Positions 42,533 to 55,415 are shown, numbered from the stretch's first letter. The stretch is DNA of 64,000 bases from Eledone cirrhosa (GCA_964016885.1 OZ024741.1:376960001-377024000); one strand, 5' to 3'. Numbers and translations: made by a program. Notes: generated from the letters alone by a model not told the origin.

Positions 42533-43269
42533 ATAAGTCGGCAGACCTCGCAAGGACACTATATCTTTGATATATTGTTTTTGTTTATGCCACGAAACTA
42601 CGTAGTCGAGGAATTTAGGAACAGTTTGGGTATGATACATTTTATTACTAATTATATCTAAATGTTTCTTCTCTCTTCATAATGTATTTTTAACTCTGAT
42701 ACTGGTTCAGTCTGGTTCAAACTGAATTGGTCTGTCCCAGTCATTCATTGAGCAACATCGGTGAAGTTGGCACCCTTAACTCACAGTTGGGTGCGTATGC
42801 ATTCATGTATATATGTGTGTGTCCGCATGTATCTGTGTGTTTCTAAATATATTAATAACTCCCTCTGGTCGAGCAATCTTTGAAGTGTGGGGACAACTGG
42901 AAAGCTTCCATTACTCATACTTCTCGCCTTCTTCACTACCTCTTCTACGGCCTCGATATGAATACCCCCTCCGCCTCCGTGGTATTTTTTTCGTGGTCAT
43001 AAGAGGCTTAGCTCTGTTTCTCGACCGTTATATCGCGTGACTATCTCCCCCTCCGCCTTTTGGGATTCTTTCTCACGTCGTGTAGACGCGTTCTTGAGAC
43101 TAGTAAAATGAGGTATCCTCTTGATAAGTCGGCAGACCTCGCAAGGACACTATATCTTTGATATATTGTTTTTGTTTATGCCACGAAACTACGTAGTCGA
43201 GGAATTTAGGAACAGTTTGGGTATGATACATTTTATTACTAATTATATCTAAATGTTTCTTCTCTCTTC

Positions 43270-43273
<4 letters not shown>
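42533..43273 (+). mobile_element. ORF-less element with ~150 bp direct terminal repeats and HHR (retrozyme-like, 591 nt period)
   Basis: 42533-42682 identical by eye to 43124-43273; flanked by (TA)n on both sides. Confidence 0.75.
43116..43203 (+). ncRNA. Type I HHR, U3-A8 core variant, long stem II
   Basis: tcctc-TTGATAA-gtcggca...tgccac-GAAAC-tacgta-GTC-gagga; ACTACGTAGT palindrome. Confidence 0.8.
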
Positions 43274-43316
<43 letters not shown>

Positions 43317-43448
43317 TTAAATAAGTATGGTTTTATGAATATAGTTTCCACTTATTAATATCGTATATCTACTCCAAATACTTGTCGAGTGCTTTATATC
43401 AGTTATAAAAATATTTACTTGGATCCCAACAATTTTAAATAGAACTTT

Positions 43449-43509
<61 letters not shown>

Positions 43510-43569
43510 CGTTTCTGAATTCGTTTAGCAAGATTCTTTATCTGAAATCGTGTGCCATCTTCAGAAATG

Positions 43570-43707
43570 ATCATTTCTGAAGATGGCATATATAAGTGAA
43601 GGTATATATATCTCCTCTGATAATATGTCATATTTTTTGCATAGATCTCTAATATGATATACATACCAACATACACATATATATCCCAGAAACGATCATA
43701 AGATGAT
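43570..43707 (+). ncRNA. HHR with ~100 nt stem II domain (35486 family), 16.2 mutated
   Basis: atcattt-CTGAAGA-tggcatatata...tatatatccca-GAAAC-gatc-ATA-agatgat; starts at the centre of a perfect palindrome 43553-43588. Confidence 0.6.
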
Positions 43708-43752
43708 GATTTTTTTAATTCATTGTTATTATTATTTTATATATATATATGG

Positions 43753-43944
<192 letters not shown>

Positions 43945-43979
43945 TAAATAACAGATTAAAGTTTAAGCAAAAAATCGAC

Positions 43980-46300
43980 TTTGGGAGTGTCATGTTGCCA
44001 ATAAGAAACACACGTACCGGTTGCTTTTACTCCAATTTATTATAAATTAAATTATACATTTAAACATTTATAAATTTCCAGTTGGTTGGTTGGTTCCACA
44101 ACCGGACGGTTGTTCATATATTGTCAAAGGTCTTTCGTCACATATTCTTTGACCTCTTCCGTGACTGGGGATTCTTTCCTTTGTCTTGTGCCTCTCCTTT
44201 GTTCTGTCCTACGCCATCTTGTTTTTCTGTGTGTTGTGTTCTTAGTTTGCACATGTCTTACATCCAGGTGTCTGTGTGTGTTTTTATTTGTTTATTTATA
44301 TGTTTATTTACATGTTACTGGTTGGTTGTTTGTTCTATGTGTGTGTGTTTTAATTTTGTCCTTAATTGTAAGTTGTGCTGTTGCTATTCCATTCATGTTT
44401 TCTATTTAATTTTCGTTGGAGTTCATTTATGATTACTGCCTCTATGATTTGTCTAAACATTGCGTCTTTTCTGTGTGTAGATTTTATTTTTATTTCTATG
44501 TTCTCTAATTTGCCCTTATATTCTATTTTAGCATGTTGGTGAAGTACTGATGATACGTTTCTATCTTCAAGCTCTCGCCAGTATTCATTTAATCGTTCTC
44601 CTATACTACGATCTGTCTCACCTATGTACACTATATTCTTATCTTTACATTGTCCTTCAGTACATCCTATGCTATATACTATGTTTCTAGTTTTACAGTT
44701 AATATGGGGGCTAAGTTTACAGATTATGCATTTCTTATCTATACAGGGAGTTCTTTGAAAAGGCTATGTATTACTAATAAGTGTTTTTATGGAGGTACCT
44801 GGTCTTTCTACTATCTTAATATTTAGTTTAAATGTATCTAGGGCCCTTCTAAATTTGTAAGCTAGTTCACCTCTAGGGGTTGTATTGATGAACATTACAC
44901 TCTGGTATTTATTGCTATCATACCATGAGTTTATTCTATTAGCCTTATTCCTAGTTCTTTCTATTCTATTCCCAAATTTGCTCCTATACAAGGGCCAGGT
45001 CCCATTTGCATCATTATTTACCATTTTTTCCTATATGGTTCTGACTCCACTATATACTCTGATTTTACCTCTCTGATTAGAACCAGATAACTGCATACGG
45101 TGGATGAAGGGTTGTATGTGTCTCTCTATTTCTTTGGGGTTGCACATGCGGGACACGTTTCCGATCACCCGTACTAAATCCGCAATCAGTATGTTGATTT
45201 TGGTGTGATCCGAAACAGCTGAGTTTCGGTGGATCAGATATTTAGAAGTCATGGTTTTGGCATAATGGGAATGACCATTTGTTTTTTGTTATTAATGGTT
45301 TCTAATCAGAGCTCTGTGTCTAGTACAGGAAATCGATGGTTGGGGTGTTTGCTTGGGTAGTCTATAGTAATTCTAATACTCTGGTGGATGGAATTAGCTA
45401 TTTGCTGGATGCTTTCCATTGTGTTTTTCTCTAATTCCTGACTGTTCTCTAGTGGGGTTGTTTGTCCTACGATGTTTAAATCATCAACGTAGCGAGAGTA
45501 CATTATCAGGGTTAAGAGGTTGCTGTCTTCTAATTGTTCTTTAAGTTTAAGTTTAAGTCTATTGTCCCACCATACCATGAATAGGTTAGCTATGTCACCT
45601 GCAATGCTAACACCAATGGCTGCTCCCTCCTCTTGGGCATATGTTTTTCCATTAAATTTAAACATATGTTCCTTAAGGGTTAGTTTTATACTGGCCCCCA
45701 CCGCATGTGCAATCATTTTCTTAAGTTCATCATGGTTTTCGGGGATCCGTATGGCCCTGGTCCACCCGTTCCATACTTCTGTGTGGGTTTTCTTGGCCAT
45801 TGAGGTAATGGTAGGTGGTCTGATTCTTGCTGGCCTTGTGGGGCAGAGGTTGCTAAGGTTATACGTATCTAGATAATCATTACTATAAATAAGTTTAAGT
45901 AGGAGTCCCAGCTCACTGGTATCAATCCCATAGAATTCAACATTGCTCTCACTGATCATTTCTACGCATTTCTCCATAGAAAAATCCACGTCAATGGATG
46001 GATATAGGAACACAACATCCATACTACCTATTATACAGTCTGTTAGGTCCCTAGATCGGTTATTTCCGCTGATTCTGCTGAGGAGGTCTTCCGTGCTGTC
46101 ACATATACCCGGGGACATTTCAATGATGGGGCGTATGATCAGGGAGAGGAAGTAGGAAAGTCTGTAGTTACTAGCATTGCTAGCTCCACAGACAGGCCGT
46201 GTTGGTGGTCCTGTGACTGGGTCACTGTTCGTCTTATGGTCTTTTGGAAGAAACTGGGAGAAAAATCTGCAAATGGCTTGCGTAAGCTCATGCAGCACTC
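43980..46300 (-). mobile_element. PLE (second type; RT + Cys-rich linker + GIY-YIG), 5'-truncated and disrupted
   Basis: PPTRPVCGA, GSMDVVFLYPSI, GAAIGVSIAGDIANLFM, YSRYVDD, FPVLD, YIGET..ERLNE..RQIIEA; pLTR 43980-44360 with decayed HHR 44123-44165. Confidence 0.88.
45306..46298 (-). pseudogene. PLE reverse transcriptase core
   Basis: RT motifs listed above; continues in fragments 45031-45252, 44764-45024, 44362-44631. Confidence 0.88.
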
Positions 46301-46446
46301 ACGTAATGGATAGATTGCATGCTTTCCAACAGACAAGTCGGGCAGAATGTCGTTTGACAGTGTGTCAAACTACATCCAGGCAATGCAACTCCACATCACA
46401 AAGACAAGAGCATGAGGATAGGGTGAAAACCCTCAACGCTCATACG

Positions 46447-46763
46447 ATGTGGAGAAACATAATGTGGAGAAACATAATGTGGAGAAACATAATGTGGAGA
46501 AATGTAATGTGGAGTAACATAATGTGGAGAAATGTAATGTGGAGAAACATAATGTGGAGAAATGTAATGGGGAGAAATGTAATGTGGAGAAACATAATGT
46601 GGAGAAACATAATTTGGAGAAACATAATGTGGAGAAACATAATGTGGAGAAATGTAATGTGGAGAAACATAATAGGAGAAACATAATGTGGAGAAATGTA
46701 ATGTGGAGAAACATAATGTGGAGAAATGTAATGTGGAGAAATGTAATGTGGAGAAACATAATG
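46447..46763. repeat. 15-bp minisatellite (ATGTGGAGAAACATA / ATGTGGAGAAATGTA), about 21 units
   Basis: Direct reading; two alternating variants. Confidence 0.95.
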
Positions 46764-46814
46764 CAGCTCAATAAATGGACTGCCAACAACATCCAGGCCT
46801 GGAACAATGACGTG

Positions 46815-47450
46815 CCAACTCCCTCCCCCATTTCTACTAACGGAATCATTTTCCCACACGCACATACAAAGTATATACATATATATTCTCTCCATCTTAA
46901 CATGCTAACCATACTCCCACACACACATAACACCCATACACACACACAACTCCCTCCCCCATTTCTACTAATAGAATCATCTTCCTACACACATGCACAC
47001 ACTCACACACCAGCACACAAATAAACATACATATCTTTACTTTCTTTATTTCAATAGAAAGTTTGAATGTTGACACCACAGCACACCAGCCATATTCACT
47101 GAACCAGAACAATTCTCCCCATCCCGTTTTTCTTCACCACTATCTTTTGTTTGGCACAACATTCTCTAAAAGGCTACAAAAGAAATTCCCAAATACGGGC
47201 GCGAAATTTATTATACTTATTCACAAACCAACCAAATTACTTCTCTAAAAACCTAGCATTTCGAGCCATTTTTTCCATATAAAACAAAAGTAACATTCAA
47301 ACACGAACCAGATGTGAGAAAAACCACAAACCATCCATCTCAATTCTACTTTAGAAAAGCACAAGAACTGCTAAACCGGTAACGGAACCAAGTAAATATA
47401 TATTTAAAAAAAACCTCCAGTTGCATTTTCGATTTCACCTTTTTCCCTAT
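46815..47450 (+). mobile_element. Diverged solo pLTR of the 49035-54075 family
   Basis: Reverse complement of parts of 49045-50210; decayed HHR near 47349-47385. Confidence 0.75.
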
Positions 47451-47553
47451 ATATATATATATATATAACGGAGGAGTTGTGGTAAGGAACCAGATGGACC
47501 ATAACCCACCAGAGTATTCAATACGTAGGGTAGTAGAGTGGGTAATAGCAGAA

Positions 47554-47664
47554 AGTATGACCCCGACGGCAGAGCTCAAGCCATTTCGACGGTTTACAAA
47601 TAGCCGTCGAAACGGTTTAAAATAGCCGTCGAAACGGTTTGAGCTCTGCCGTCGGGGTCATACT
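47554..47664. repeat. GC-rich hairpin built from HHR 3' halves
   Basis: agtatgaccccgacggcagagctcaa ... ttgagctctgccgtcggggtcatact; contains GAAAC-gg...cc-GTC-gggg. Confidence 0.7.
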
Positions 47665-47689
47665 GTTTCCTATATACATATATATATAT

Positions 47690-48525
47690 AACTTTGATAT
47701 GTTTCGGCCATGTCTAACTTAATAGCACCAGCTAGCGAAGTCTTACAAATCAGTGTTTGGGTACCATGGCCCAGTCGAGGAGAGAGTTATTGTTTACGGA
47801 GGCTTATCCGGGTGTATGAGGCTTATCCGAGATTTCTTGAAGGAATTTATCCATAGACTTCCTGAACTTGATGGGGTCTGACGCTGCTTTGGTGTGTTTT
47901 GTTGTAATGTTAAAGAGTGCAGGGCCAATTGAGGTGAAATAATTGTGCCGTATTGTTGTAATGTGATGCGAGTCAGATTTTTGTCGTGGGGGATAGCACG
48001 GGGCACAATCCTTGGGTGTACACTAAAAGTGATGCCAACATCATTTGGGAAAAGCTGATGGAATATTTTCCACATCATACAGATAATGTAGCACTCACGG
48101 CGACGTTGGAGAGAATAAGGGTTGGGCTTTTCTAATGGACTCCAATAGTCAAGGCCTGTCATGCCATCTATCTTTTTTATAATTGACCTTTGGGGTGCTT
48201 CAACTTTGATGATACTTTGTTTCGTGTGGGGTGACCAGAGTGGAGAACAGTATTCAAGGTTGAGTCGGGCAAAAGTGGAGAAGAGAATGATAACAGTGTG
48301 GATATCTCTCGTCTGGAAAGTTCTAAGAATCCAGGAACACATTCTGGGGGCCATATCAACTTTGCTGTTGATATGAGTGGCCCAGCTTATGTTGTTGTCC
48401 ACAATTACTCCCAGGTCTCTGATGTTAATGATGCTACTAGAGTTTCACCCGAAGGAAGAGAGTATGGTAGTTACAGGGCATTATTTTTTCCAAAGTGGAT
48501 TAATTCAAATTTATCCGCATTCAAC
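47690..48525 (-). mobile_element. CR1/L2-group LINE 3' fragment
   Basis: DLGVIVDNNISWATHI, ILRTF, LEYCSPLWSP, SLQRRRE..WKI. Confidence 0.8.
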
Positions 48526-48565
48526 AGCATATTATATAGTATATGTATATATATATATATATATA

Positions 48566-48942
48566 TTGTTATACTTTGGGAGGGTCATGTTGCCAATAAG
48601 AAACAAACGCACCAGTTGCTTTCACTTCAATTCATTATAATAAATTTATAAATTTAGGAATTTATAAATTTCCGGTTGGGTGGATGGTTGGTTCCACAAC
48701 CGGATAGTTGTTTATATATTGTCAAAAAACAAAGAAAAGAATCCCCAGTGACTTAAGAGGTCACATAATGTGTGACGAAAGAACTCTGACAATATATAAA
48801 CAACTATCTGGTTGTGAAACCAACCAACCAACCGGAAATTTATAAATTCCTAAATTTATAAATCTATTATAATAAATTGAAGTGAAAGCAACTGGTACGT
48901 GTGTTTCTTATTGGCAACATGACCCTCCCAAAGTATAACAAT
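48566..48942. repeat. Foldback of two pLTR ends of the 43980 PLE family; decayed HHR at 48748-48790 (+)
   Basis: 48566-48724 inverted vs 48786-48942. Confidence 0.85.
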
Positions 48943-48998
48943 ATCGGTTTCAACACACGTTTTCAGATAAAGAATCTTGCTAAACAAATTCAGAAACG

Positions 48999-49034
<36 letters not shown>

Positions 49035-49038
<4 letters not shown>

Positions 49039-49662
49039 AAATAAAATGAAATGGAAAATGCAACTGGAGTCTTATTTTTAAAAAAAAATATATATATTTA
49101 TTTGGTTCCTCTACGGGTTTCGCAGTTCTTCTGCTTTTCAAAAGAGATGGAGGGTCTGTGGATTTTCTCACATCTGGTTGGTCTTTGAATGCTACTTGTT
49201 TTATATGGAAAAAAGTGGCTCGAAAGGCCAGGTTTTTAGAGAAGTAATTTGATTGATTGGTCAATAATTTTAATAAATTTCGCGCCAGTTCGCGTTACAA
49301 AGTTCTTCACAACCAAGGGGGGGGGGTCTCAGGTTGTTTTCTCATATATGAGTGTTTGAATTTCTTTTTACTTTAAAAAAAGGGGCTCACGAAGGCTTTT
49401 TTTAATAAACGTAATTTCATTGGTTATAAAGGAAATTATGGCTGTCAGGTGAACAAGTTTTCATTAAATTTCGCGCCCTTATTTGGAAATCTATTCTGTA
49501 GCCTTTTTAGAGAATTTTACGACAAGCAAAAGATAATGGTCAAGAGAAATGGGATGGGAGAATTGTTCTGGTTCAGTGAATATGGTTAGTTCGCTGGGGT
49601 GTCAGAATTCAGATTTTCTATTGAAATAAAGAATGTAAAGATATGTATGTTTATTTGTGTGC

Positions 49663-49711
<49 letters not shown>

Positions 49712-49720
49712 TGTGTGTGT

Positions 49721-49761
<41 letters not shown>

Positions 49762-52700
49762 GTGTGTGTGTTTGAATTTCTTTTTATTTAAAAAAAAGGG
49801 ACTCTGGAAGGCTTTTTTTAAAAATAAACGTAATTTGATTTGTTAGAGAATTTTATGACAAGCAAATGATAATGGTCAAGAGAAATGGGATGCGAGAATT
49901 GTTCTGGTTCAGTGAGTATGGTTAGTTTTCTGGGGTGTCAGAATTCAGATTTTCTATCGAAATAAAGAGAGTAAAGATATGTATATTTATTTGTGTGCTT
50001 GTGTGTGTGTGTGTGTGTATTGGAAGATGATTCTTCTAGTAGAAATGGGGGAGGGATTTGTGTGTTAGTGGGTAGGGCTTGTTATGTGTGTGTATGGATG
50101 TTATGTGTGTGTGGGAGTATGTTTAGCATGTTAAGATGAAGAGAATATATATATATATTGTGTGTGTGTGCGTGTGTGTGTGTGTGTGTAGGAAAATGAT
50201 TCCTTTAGTAACAATATTTTTGAATGAACATATTTTCCTTACTTATTCGTATTTGTTCTGTTGTATTGTAAGTGCAAACATTAAGTTTTATTTCGTTCGG
50301 GTTTTTATTTTCTAAAGTAGCTGGTGTTATGTGTGTGTGTATGTGTCTTTTTGGATGGTTAGCATCTTATGGTGTTGACATAATGTATATTAAACCATAT
50401 TTAATGCTGGTCTATATTTTTGAATAAAAATAGTTTCCTTATTTATTCGTATTTCTTCTGTTGTATTGTTAGCGCAAAGGTAACATGGAAAGACTTGGAA
50501 TTTGGGTGTCTTATTACTTGCGCATATGTCTAGATATGCACTTAGGGGTATCTGTCTCGTGGTTGGATCTCGTAGTTGTTGGCGATGAACTGTCATTCTT
50601 TTTCTGAGTGTGAGTTTAGTTTGTCCTATATAATCTTCATTGCATCCTTTACATTTAATGGCATGAAGTAGATTTTTTGATGAGCAAGTGAAGCGATTTT
50701 TTACAGCAAAATGTTGTCCTGATTTAAATGTATACGTGTTGCCTTCAATGAGGTGAATGCAGGTTCCACAATTAGCGTGACCACAATTTTTGACAGTTGG
50801 TTGTGGGTTTGTGGTAGGTAATTTAGCATTGGTGAATAATGTTTTCAGTTATTTCGGTTGTCTTTTCCTTTTGATTATTTTATGTGTTTCAATGACTTTT
50901 TTCATTCTTGGGTTTTGTTTTAGTAGTGGGATGTTCTTGTGAATAGTGTTGTAAGCTTCCGCATTTCTTGGGTTGTGTGTTGAGATATATGATAGAATAT
51001 TGGACGTACAATGAATTTGTTTCTGTTTTAGTAATTCATCAATGGCTATTGCTTTAGCCCTTTCTATTCCATTATTTATTAGTAATGGTGGGTACTCTCT
51101 TTCGAGTAGAATTTCCTTTAATTCCTGAAGTCTTTTATTTCGCGTTTCATAATTGGAGACAAATGTGCAAATTCTTCTTGCTAGGTTAAAAGGAATGTTC
51201 GTCTTCGTGTGCTTTGGATGGTTGGAGGTGAATAGCAGGTATTGTTTGGAATCTGTTGGTTTTTAGTGTATGTCAGTTTCAATATTTGTGTCTTTTTTAA
51301 AGATTAAGATGTCCAGAAATGGGAGTTGATCTTGGCTGTATTCCATTGTGAATTGGATGTAGTTATTGATGCCGTTTATTAAGTTTTTGAAATCCTTCAG
51401 TTGGTGCCGTGTGTTGGACCAAAAAATGAGACAATCATCCAAGTAGCGTTTCCAATTCACTGATAAATATTTGTGGAAGTTCAATCCGTATTTTGATTTG
51501 GACTGTTCATATATCTGGACTTCTAAGTATGCCATGACTAAGTTGGCATAAGTTGGAGCGGCTTTTGTACCCATCGCAGTCCCCGATATTTGCTTGTAAG
51601 TACTGCTACCTAAATAAAAAAGTTGTTCTGTAAGATGAATTTTAATCCCTGGGTGATGAAGCTTTTTTCTATTCTGCCAGGTATCTCATTGGGATATTTC
51701 TCTAGCCAGAATCCTATTGATTCTAGTCCGTATTGGTGTGGGGCCGTTGTGTAGAGATTCACTACATCGAAAGACACAATAATAGTGTCGTTGTTGACAT
51801 GTTTGGGGAGGTGGTTTAAGAGGTCCAGATAGTCTCTTACAAGGCTTGGTATGTGTTTGAGAATTGGTTTTAGTAGTATGTCTATGAAGTTGCTCAGTCT
51901 GTGTATTTCACATTCTATGCCCGCTACATTTGGTCTTAATTTATGGTCTGTGGGGTATTGTGTGTTCACGCAGGCTGAGGTGGATTGTCTACAGGCATCG
52001 TTAATTATTTTACACTTGTGGATCTTCGGAAGTCCGTAAAATTTGCTGGTTTTGTATTCAAAATGTGTTAAATAATCGCGTTCCATTTTAGTTAAGTCTT
52101 CCTGGTATCGACAAATCAGTGTGTTTAATCTGGTCATTGTTTTTGATTGCTGGTAGTTTTTAACTCTTTCATAGTAATTAGTATTTTGTAAGAGAGAGAA
52201 CATAGAATTTTTATATTTTTCAGCATCCATAATGACAAGAGTACTTCCCTTGTCCGCTTCCTTGATTATAATGTCCGTATTGTTTTTTTAGTCCATGGAT
52301 AATCTCCCATTCCCTTCGACTCGTGTTGGGTTTGGGTTTAGGTTGCAGTAGTTCATGGTATGGGAAAGTAGCTATGTGGTCACAAAATTTGTCCAGAACT
52401 CTGTTTCTACCTTTTGTTGGGTTGTAGCTGCTTTTATTCTGTACAAATGATTCGTCGTTATTCTCCTTGTCAAAGAATTCCTCTGTGAGACGTAATTTTC
52501 TACAGAAGTGTGAGATATCGTCATTTATCTCATTGGGGTTAGAGTATTGTGGTGTTGGTGTGAATTTCAGTCCTTTGGAGAGAATTTTTACTTGTTGGGC
52601 TGAGAGGTTTGTATTTGAAAGGTTGATTATTTTCGGTTTTTCAAAATCGGTTTGTGCCACCGGATGTCGTAGGTCCTGTAGCCTTGGTCTAAAAAATGAG

Positions 52701-54074
52701 TTTTCTGGAATGTTTTTTTCAATGGTATTATTATATCTAATGGTATTTCCTCTGTTTTTGTGTGGTCTTGTATAGAAGTTTCGGACGTATTGAGGTTCGG
52801 TTTGTTGATAGTCCGGTTTGTAGATTTTGTTCCTTTGTGTTGGTTGGGATCTACGGTCTTGGAACAGGCTCTGTGTGGGCAAGGGTCTACGGTTTTGGAA
52901 TAGGTTTTGTGTGGGTTGTGATCTGCGGATCGGGTCCTGTCTTGTGTTGGGGGATCTTCGCTTTTTTTTAGTAGGGTTATAGTTTTGTGTATGGGTTCTG
53001 GGGTTATCGTTATAGTTTTGCTGAGGGTATATTGGACGTTTTGATACTTTTTTTCTTATTTGTTGTTCATATTTTGTTACTTTTTTTGTTATTTGTTGAG
53101 CAAGTAGTGTGTTGAGTTTTAGTTTGTTTTAATTAGGGGTTACCTGTATGTTGTTCATTTTTGAAGTCCATTTCGTAGTTGTTGAACCAGGTGGCGTTTT
53201 TTCCCATCGCTGGATGGAGGTTAGTTCTTCATCCTCACAGCATTCTTTCCAAAATGTTAAGGTTTTTTCGTAGAGTAGGCCTTCAGAGTGCTTTGAGATT
53301 TCTGTGTCCATCTGTTGGTCGAGTGACTTGGATTTTTCTTGACAACAATTCTATTTCTATTTTAAATTTTTCTAACGCCATCTTTTCCTTAAGTCTTTGT
53401 TGGTTTTCTGGTTCATTTGGGATGGGTTTTAATTGGAGTTTTTTGGGGAGGATGATTGGGGAAGAGTTTAACCACTTTTCATATATGTCTGCCTTGCCAT
53501 TATTTTTTAGGAGATTCCAAAAGGCGAATTTGCGGGCTGTGAGCTTTTGAGTCCATATATTGATTAGTGTGTTTTTCACTGAGTGGACATCTCGTAGATT
53601 GGTTCTAATGTTGTTGCAGCTTTTGGAGCATTGCTTTTTCAATGGTTTCGATTAGTTTAGTTAATGCTGAAGTAATATTCGACTCATGGCTATTTTCTGT
53701 TTCTTCGTGGGGTCCTATTTTATAGAGCTGTATTTGGTCAACTTTGTTCGTCACAATTGAGAGTTTTATGGAAATCTCTTTGAGTTCATTTAAGATGTCC
53801 TGGTTCAGTGAGTTGTTGTTTGTTGAGACTTTGGTGGCATTTTCGGTCTTCGTGTGGTGGGTACGTATTATAAAGTGAGGTTTTTTTTTACAAAATGAAA
53901 AATAACCGGTGTCCTACACCAGTGAATGTATAAAGAAAAAAAGATGAAATCGAAAATGCAACGGGAGTCTTATTTAATAAAATATATATATATATTTATT
54001 TGGTACCTTTAGCGGTTTCGCAGTTCTTCTGCTTTTCAAACGTAGAGTTGAGATGGGGGGTCTGTGATTTCTCT

Positions 54075-54076
<2 letters not shown>
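49035..54076 (-). mobile_element. Near full-length PLE (Neptune-like) with direct pLTRs
   Basis: ~3.4 kb disrupted ORF; 53940-54076 repeats 49043-49172 in the same orientation; U3-A8 HHRs at 49108-49146 and 54006-54042. Confidence 0.9.
50390..53830 (-). pseudogene. PLE RT + GIY-YIG polyprotein with several stops/frameshifts
   Basis: LSKGLKFTPTP, FCRKLRLTEEF, FYGLPKIHK, SFDVVNLYT, AMGTKAAPTYANL, WKRYLDD, LPFLDI, HPKHTK, CGHANCGTC, YIGQT, FIQKYRPALN. Confidence 0.92.
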
Positions 54077-54128
<52 letters not shown>

Positions 54129-54338
54129 TATGTATACGTACGTACATATAAGTATACAGACGTACAGTAGTATATATATACATACATGCACATATATATA
54201 TATATATATATATATGTACGTATGGATTTACCGAACATTTATTATAATGCTCGGTTTGTTTGTAAACAAACATCCCGAATTAAGCCGTACAGTGTTTAGG
54301 AACCATCGTTGCCCTTTTGTTCAACACTGACAAAGGAA

Positions 54339-54379
54339 CGATATACTAGTTTCAAGCTTATTAGCTATCGTCAGCACCG
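54339..54379 (-). ncRNA. Minimal type I HHR
   Basis: cggtg-CTGACGA-tagctaataagctt-GAAAC-ta-GTA-tatcg. Confidence 0.8.
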
Positions 54380-54941
54380 TATACCTTCCTGCCAGACGAT
54401 TGAACGTCTGAAAGTATATACTTTCCTTATGCATATTAACGACTGAGAAGCCTAATTTGCATATCGAATGAGTTTATCGGCCGGGCGCACCGAAAATGAT
54501 AAATGGAAAAAATGAAACTAAATTTCATTTCTCACACTCAATACGGCTGTTACTTAAATATAAGTATGTACAGGTACATACATATATGTATATAGACGTA
54601 CAGTCGTATTATATATATACATACATGCACATATATATATATATATGTTAGTATGAATTTACCGGAGATTTATTATAAAGTTCGGTTTCTTTGTAAACAA
54701 ACATCCCGAATTAAGCCGTACAGTGTTTAGCAATCATCGTTGCCCCTTTGTTCAACACTGACAAAGGAACGATGTACTAGTTTCAAGCTTATTAGCTATC
54801 GGCTTAATTCGGGATGTTTGTTTACAAACACACCGAGCATTATAATAAATGTTCGGTGAATCCATACGTACATATGGCCTACTCAGCCGTTAATATGTAT
54901 AAAGTAAGTATATACGTTCAACAATCTGGCAGGAAGGTATA

Positions 54942-54982
54942 CGTTGCTGACGATAGCTAATAAGCTTGAAACTAGTACAGCG
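54942..54982 (+). ncRNA. Minimal type I HHR
   Basis: cgttg-CTGACGA-tagctaataagctt-GAAAC-ta-GTA-cagcg; stem I changes retain pairing. Confidence 0.83.
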
Positions 54983-55243
54983 TTCCTTTGTCAGTGTTGA
55001 ACAAACGAGCAACGATGGTCGATGGACATTACGGCTTATACGGGATGTTTGTTTACAAACACACCGAGCATTATAATAAATGTTCGGTGAATCCATACAT
55101 ACATATATATAAGGGTGCATGTATGTATATATATATACATACTACTGTACGTCTGTATACATATATATATGTACGTGTACATACTTATATTTAAATAACA
55201 GCCGTAGTAAGAATGGGAAATGAAATTTCGTTTCTTTTTTTCC

Positions 55244-55284
<41 letters not shown>

Positions 55285-55290
55285 TATATT

Positions 55291-55415
<125 letters not shown>

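Larger units (their letters stand above)
54125..55240. mobile_element. Second locus of the 37257 retrozyme-like family: ~1.6 units on minus, inversion at ~54800, then a plus-strand unit
   Basis: HHRs at 54339-54379 (-), truncated 54770-54801 (-), 54942-54982 (+); period ~431 nt. Confidence 0.75.

Noticed and set aside
44362-46298. Naiad/Chlamys-type PLE with N-terminal endonuclease or selenocysteine readthrough
   Set aside because: GIY-YIG lies C-terminal to the RT, and the breaks look like ordinary decay.
46447-46763. CRISPR-like array or repeat protein
   Set aside because: Contiguous 15-mers without unique spacers, eukaryotic context, no cas genes.
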